A stretch of 48,034 nucleotides of DNA from a virus. The translations under genes were made by a program, and so were the position numbers. The number at the start of each line of letters is the position of its first letter. Position 1 is the stretch's first letter. Below, one piece after another: positions 46,594-48,034 of this stretch. The stretch is taken from positions 1-48,034 of the IMG/VR virus record IMGVR_UViG_3300045012_000037. One strand, written 5' to 3'. The notes under the pieces were generated by a model that worked only from the letters and a program-made list of their open reading frames with translations, made no database searches and had not been told where the DNA came from.

Positions 46594-47902
46594 GCCCGTT
46601 TTCGAGGATGCCCCCGGCATCAGTATAAAGCGCATGAAGCGCGATTGGCAGGCCCGCTGGATTGCCCGTCAGGATTTAGTGAAGCGCGGTTATCGGCCAA
46701 AGTATCTCAGATTGTGGCGCGGCAATGAGCCGAGCGACGCCGAACGCAAATGGCTATCCGATAGGTGCACCACGCAGCAAAACGAAATGCTGGCATGGGC
46801 AAGAGGCGTCGCTACTCCGAAGGCGCCTCGCGGCAACAATCTGGGTCGCCTGATGCATCGATATTGCACCGACACGCTATCGAACTATTACAAAGGCCAG
46901 CACGCCATGGATGGCGGCTTAGAATACTGCACGCGCCGCTACTACGACCGCCTCATGGCGCAGCTCGGCGAAACGAAATGGACCGATGAAGAAGATGGTG
47001 TCGAGAGGATCGCTAGTGAAACTTCCATCGAGGAAATCAAGGGCCGCACCATTCATCTGTGGCATCAGAAATGGAGCCACAACGGCAGAAAGGTCTCGAT
47101 GGGACACGCACTGGTCGGAATGCTGCGGACGCTGGTCAATTTCGGCGCCGCGTATTTTGATGATCTAGAATGTGCCCGCGTGTCGATCATCCTAAGCAAA
47201 CTGAAATTTGATAACGGCCAACCGCGCACGGTGCGGATCACGCGCGACCAGGTCATTGCGATTGCCGCGTCGGCTCGACCGACGTTGCCCATGGTGTCGC
47301 TGGCGCAAGTTCTTCAATTTGAATTTGGCTGGCGGCAAAAGGACGTGATTGGCGAATGGCTGCCGCAGAGTGAGCGCTCGAAATTGTCTGAAATTCTCGA
47401 CGGCAACATGAAGTGGGTGAAGGGGCTGCGCTGGGAGGAGATCGACGCCGATCTCGTGGTGCACCACATTACCAGTAAGCGCAAAAAGCTGTCGGAGCCT
47501 GATCTGAAACTAGCACCGTTGACTTTGGCCGAACTCGGCCGCATGTGGCCCGGCTGCTACGAGATCGACGGCGACAAGATCATCCCGCATCGCGACGTGC
47601 TGCCGGCGAAAGGCCCGGTGATCCTCGACCTCGGCCCCCACATCCCCTACTACGCCGACGACTTCCGCGAGGAATGGCGCAAGCACGCGGTCGCCTGCAA
47701 CGTTCCGCTCAACGTACAAAACCGCGACACGCGGGCTGGCGCCGTCAGCGAAGCGATCGCACTTGGCGCAAACCCGGAGCACGTCCGCGACATGGCGACC
47801 CATTCGGACGTTTCGCAGACCCGCGACTATAGCCGCGCGAGCCGAGAGAATACGGCGACGGTGATGGAGCAGCGAGCAAAACTGAGCAAGAACGTGGCGT
47901 GA
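46580..47902 (+). CDS. int: tyrosine integrase
   Basis: GAGGAG RBS before ATG 46580. GLRWEEID (box I Arg). ...NRDTRAGAVSEAIALGANPEHVRDMATHSDVSQTRDY (R...H....Y catalytic pattern). Confidence 0.85.
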   Translation: MILIKPVFEDAPGISIKRMKRDWQARWIARQDLVKRGYRPKYLRLWRGNEPSDAERKWLSDRCTTQQNEMLAWARGVATPKAPRGNNLGRLMHRYCTDTLSNYYKGQHAMDGGLEYCTRRYYDRLMAQLGETKWTDEEDGVERIASETSIEEIKGRTIHLWHQKWSHNGRKVSMGHALVGMLRTLVNFGAAYFDDLECARVSIILSKLKFDNGQPRTVRITRDQVIAIAASARPTLPMVSLAQVLQFEFGWRQKDVIGEWLPQSERSKLSEILDGNMKWVKGLRWEEIDADLVVHHITSKRKKLSEPDLKLAPLTLAELGRMWPGCYEIDGDKIIPHRDVLPAKGPVILDLGPHIPYYADDFREEWRKHAVACNVPLNVQNRDTRAGAVSEAIALGANPEHVRDMATHSDVSQTRDYSRASRENTATVMEQRAKLSKNVA

Positions 47903-47907
47903 ACAAG

Positions 47908-48034
47908 AGCGCCGTGAACGGATTGAGATTGCGATGATGACCCTTTTTACCAAGCCCATAGAACCGACAGGACTTTCCCTGATCGCCCATTGTCGGGTGG
48001 TTAAGAAAAGTTCTTTTGATTTCAATGGGGGGGG
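47908..48034. repeat. terminal direct repeat, copy 2 (identical to 1-127)
   Basis: Same 127 nt as the window start. It begins 5 nt after the integrase stop codon. Confidence 0.97.

Larger units (their letters stand above)
1..48034. mobile_element. complete temperate phage genome (T7-type virion module plus lambda-like immunity/lysogeny module), circular contig
   Basis: Terminase, portal, capsid, tubular A/B, internal core proteins, fiber, lysis genes, integrase, excisionase-like gene and divergent HTH repressors are all present. The window ends are an exact 127-nt direct repeat. Confidence 0.9.

Noticed and set aside
1-48034. Search for CRISPR arrays, tRNA/tmRNA genes, reverse transcriptase/DGR template-variable repeat pairs, retron-like elements and transposase/IS ends
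   Set aside because: I saw no regularly spaced repeat-spacer array and no cloverleaf-like segment. No ORF has RT (YxDD) or transposase motifs. The only long nucleotide repeats are the terminal 127-mer and the tandem 216-nt gene duplication.

Overview
The window is a complete, GC-rich temperate phage genome on a circularly closed contig. Bases 1-127 are identical to 47908-48034, so the unique length is 47,907 bp. Two divergent transcription arms leave a lambda-like immunity region at about 41.5-42.0 kb. Two near-identical TTGACA-N16-CATAAT promoters, each with a 17-bp palindromic operator, flank a CI-like HTH gene. The leftward (minus-strand) arm runs in this order: cro-like HTH, VRR-NUC and DUF559-type nucleases, and a putative replication initiator with an internal iteron/inverted-repeat origin. 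Small Zn-ribbon and early genes follow, then a TerS-like gene, TerL, portal, scaffold and major capsid. Next is an unusual eight-gene block of proteins with Sec/Tat-type signal peptides. After it come T7-type tubular proteins A and B, three internal core proteins (one with an SLT lytic transglycosylase domain) and a tail fiber. The arm ends with a lysis cassette containing an outer-membrane beta-barrel gene, then a small accessory cluster. The rightward (plus-strand) arm carries early genes: a wHTH protein, an SSB-like protein ending in IPF, a Dam-type D12 methyltransferase, a GcrA-like regulator, an excisionase-like gene and a tyrosine integrase. It continues across the contig junction into a string of small Zn-finger and membrane ORFs. 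I recognised no phage RNA polymerase, DNA polymerase, primase, helicase, tRNA, CRISPR array or reverse transcriptase. The GcrA homolog and the style of the OMP signal sequence suggest an alphaproteobacterial host (inference). The main second-look items are: (1) the exported-protein block inside the virion operon, including a twin-arginine GH16-like enzyme, SPRY-like lectin modules and a Gly-rich secreted peptide; (2) a strand-specific conserved motif (core CAACGCACG, up to 18-21 nt) at every late-module boundary; (3) an opposite-strand SAM-methyltransferase moron that splits the late operon; (4) an OMP gene in a lysis cassette with no recognisable o-spanin; (5) a candidate origin and a separate phased TGTACA array. 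Protein family calls rest on motifs I can read in the translations. No database search was run.
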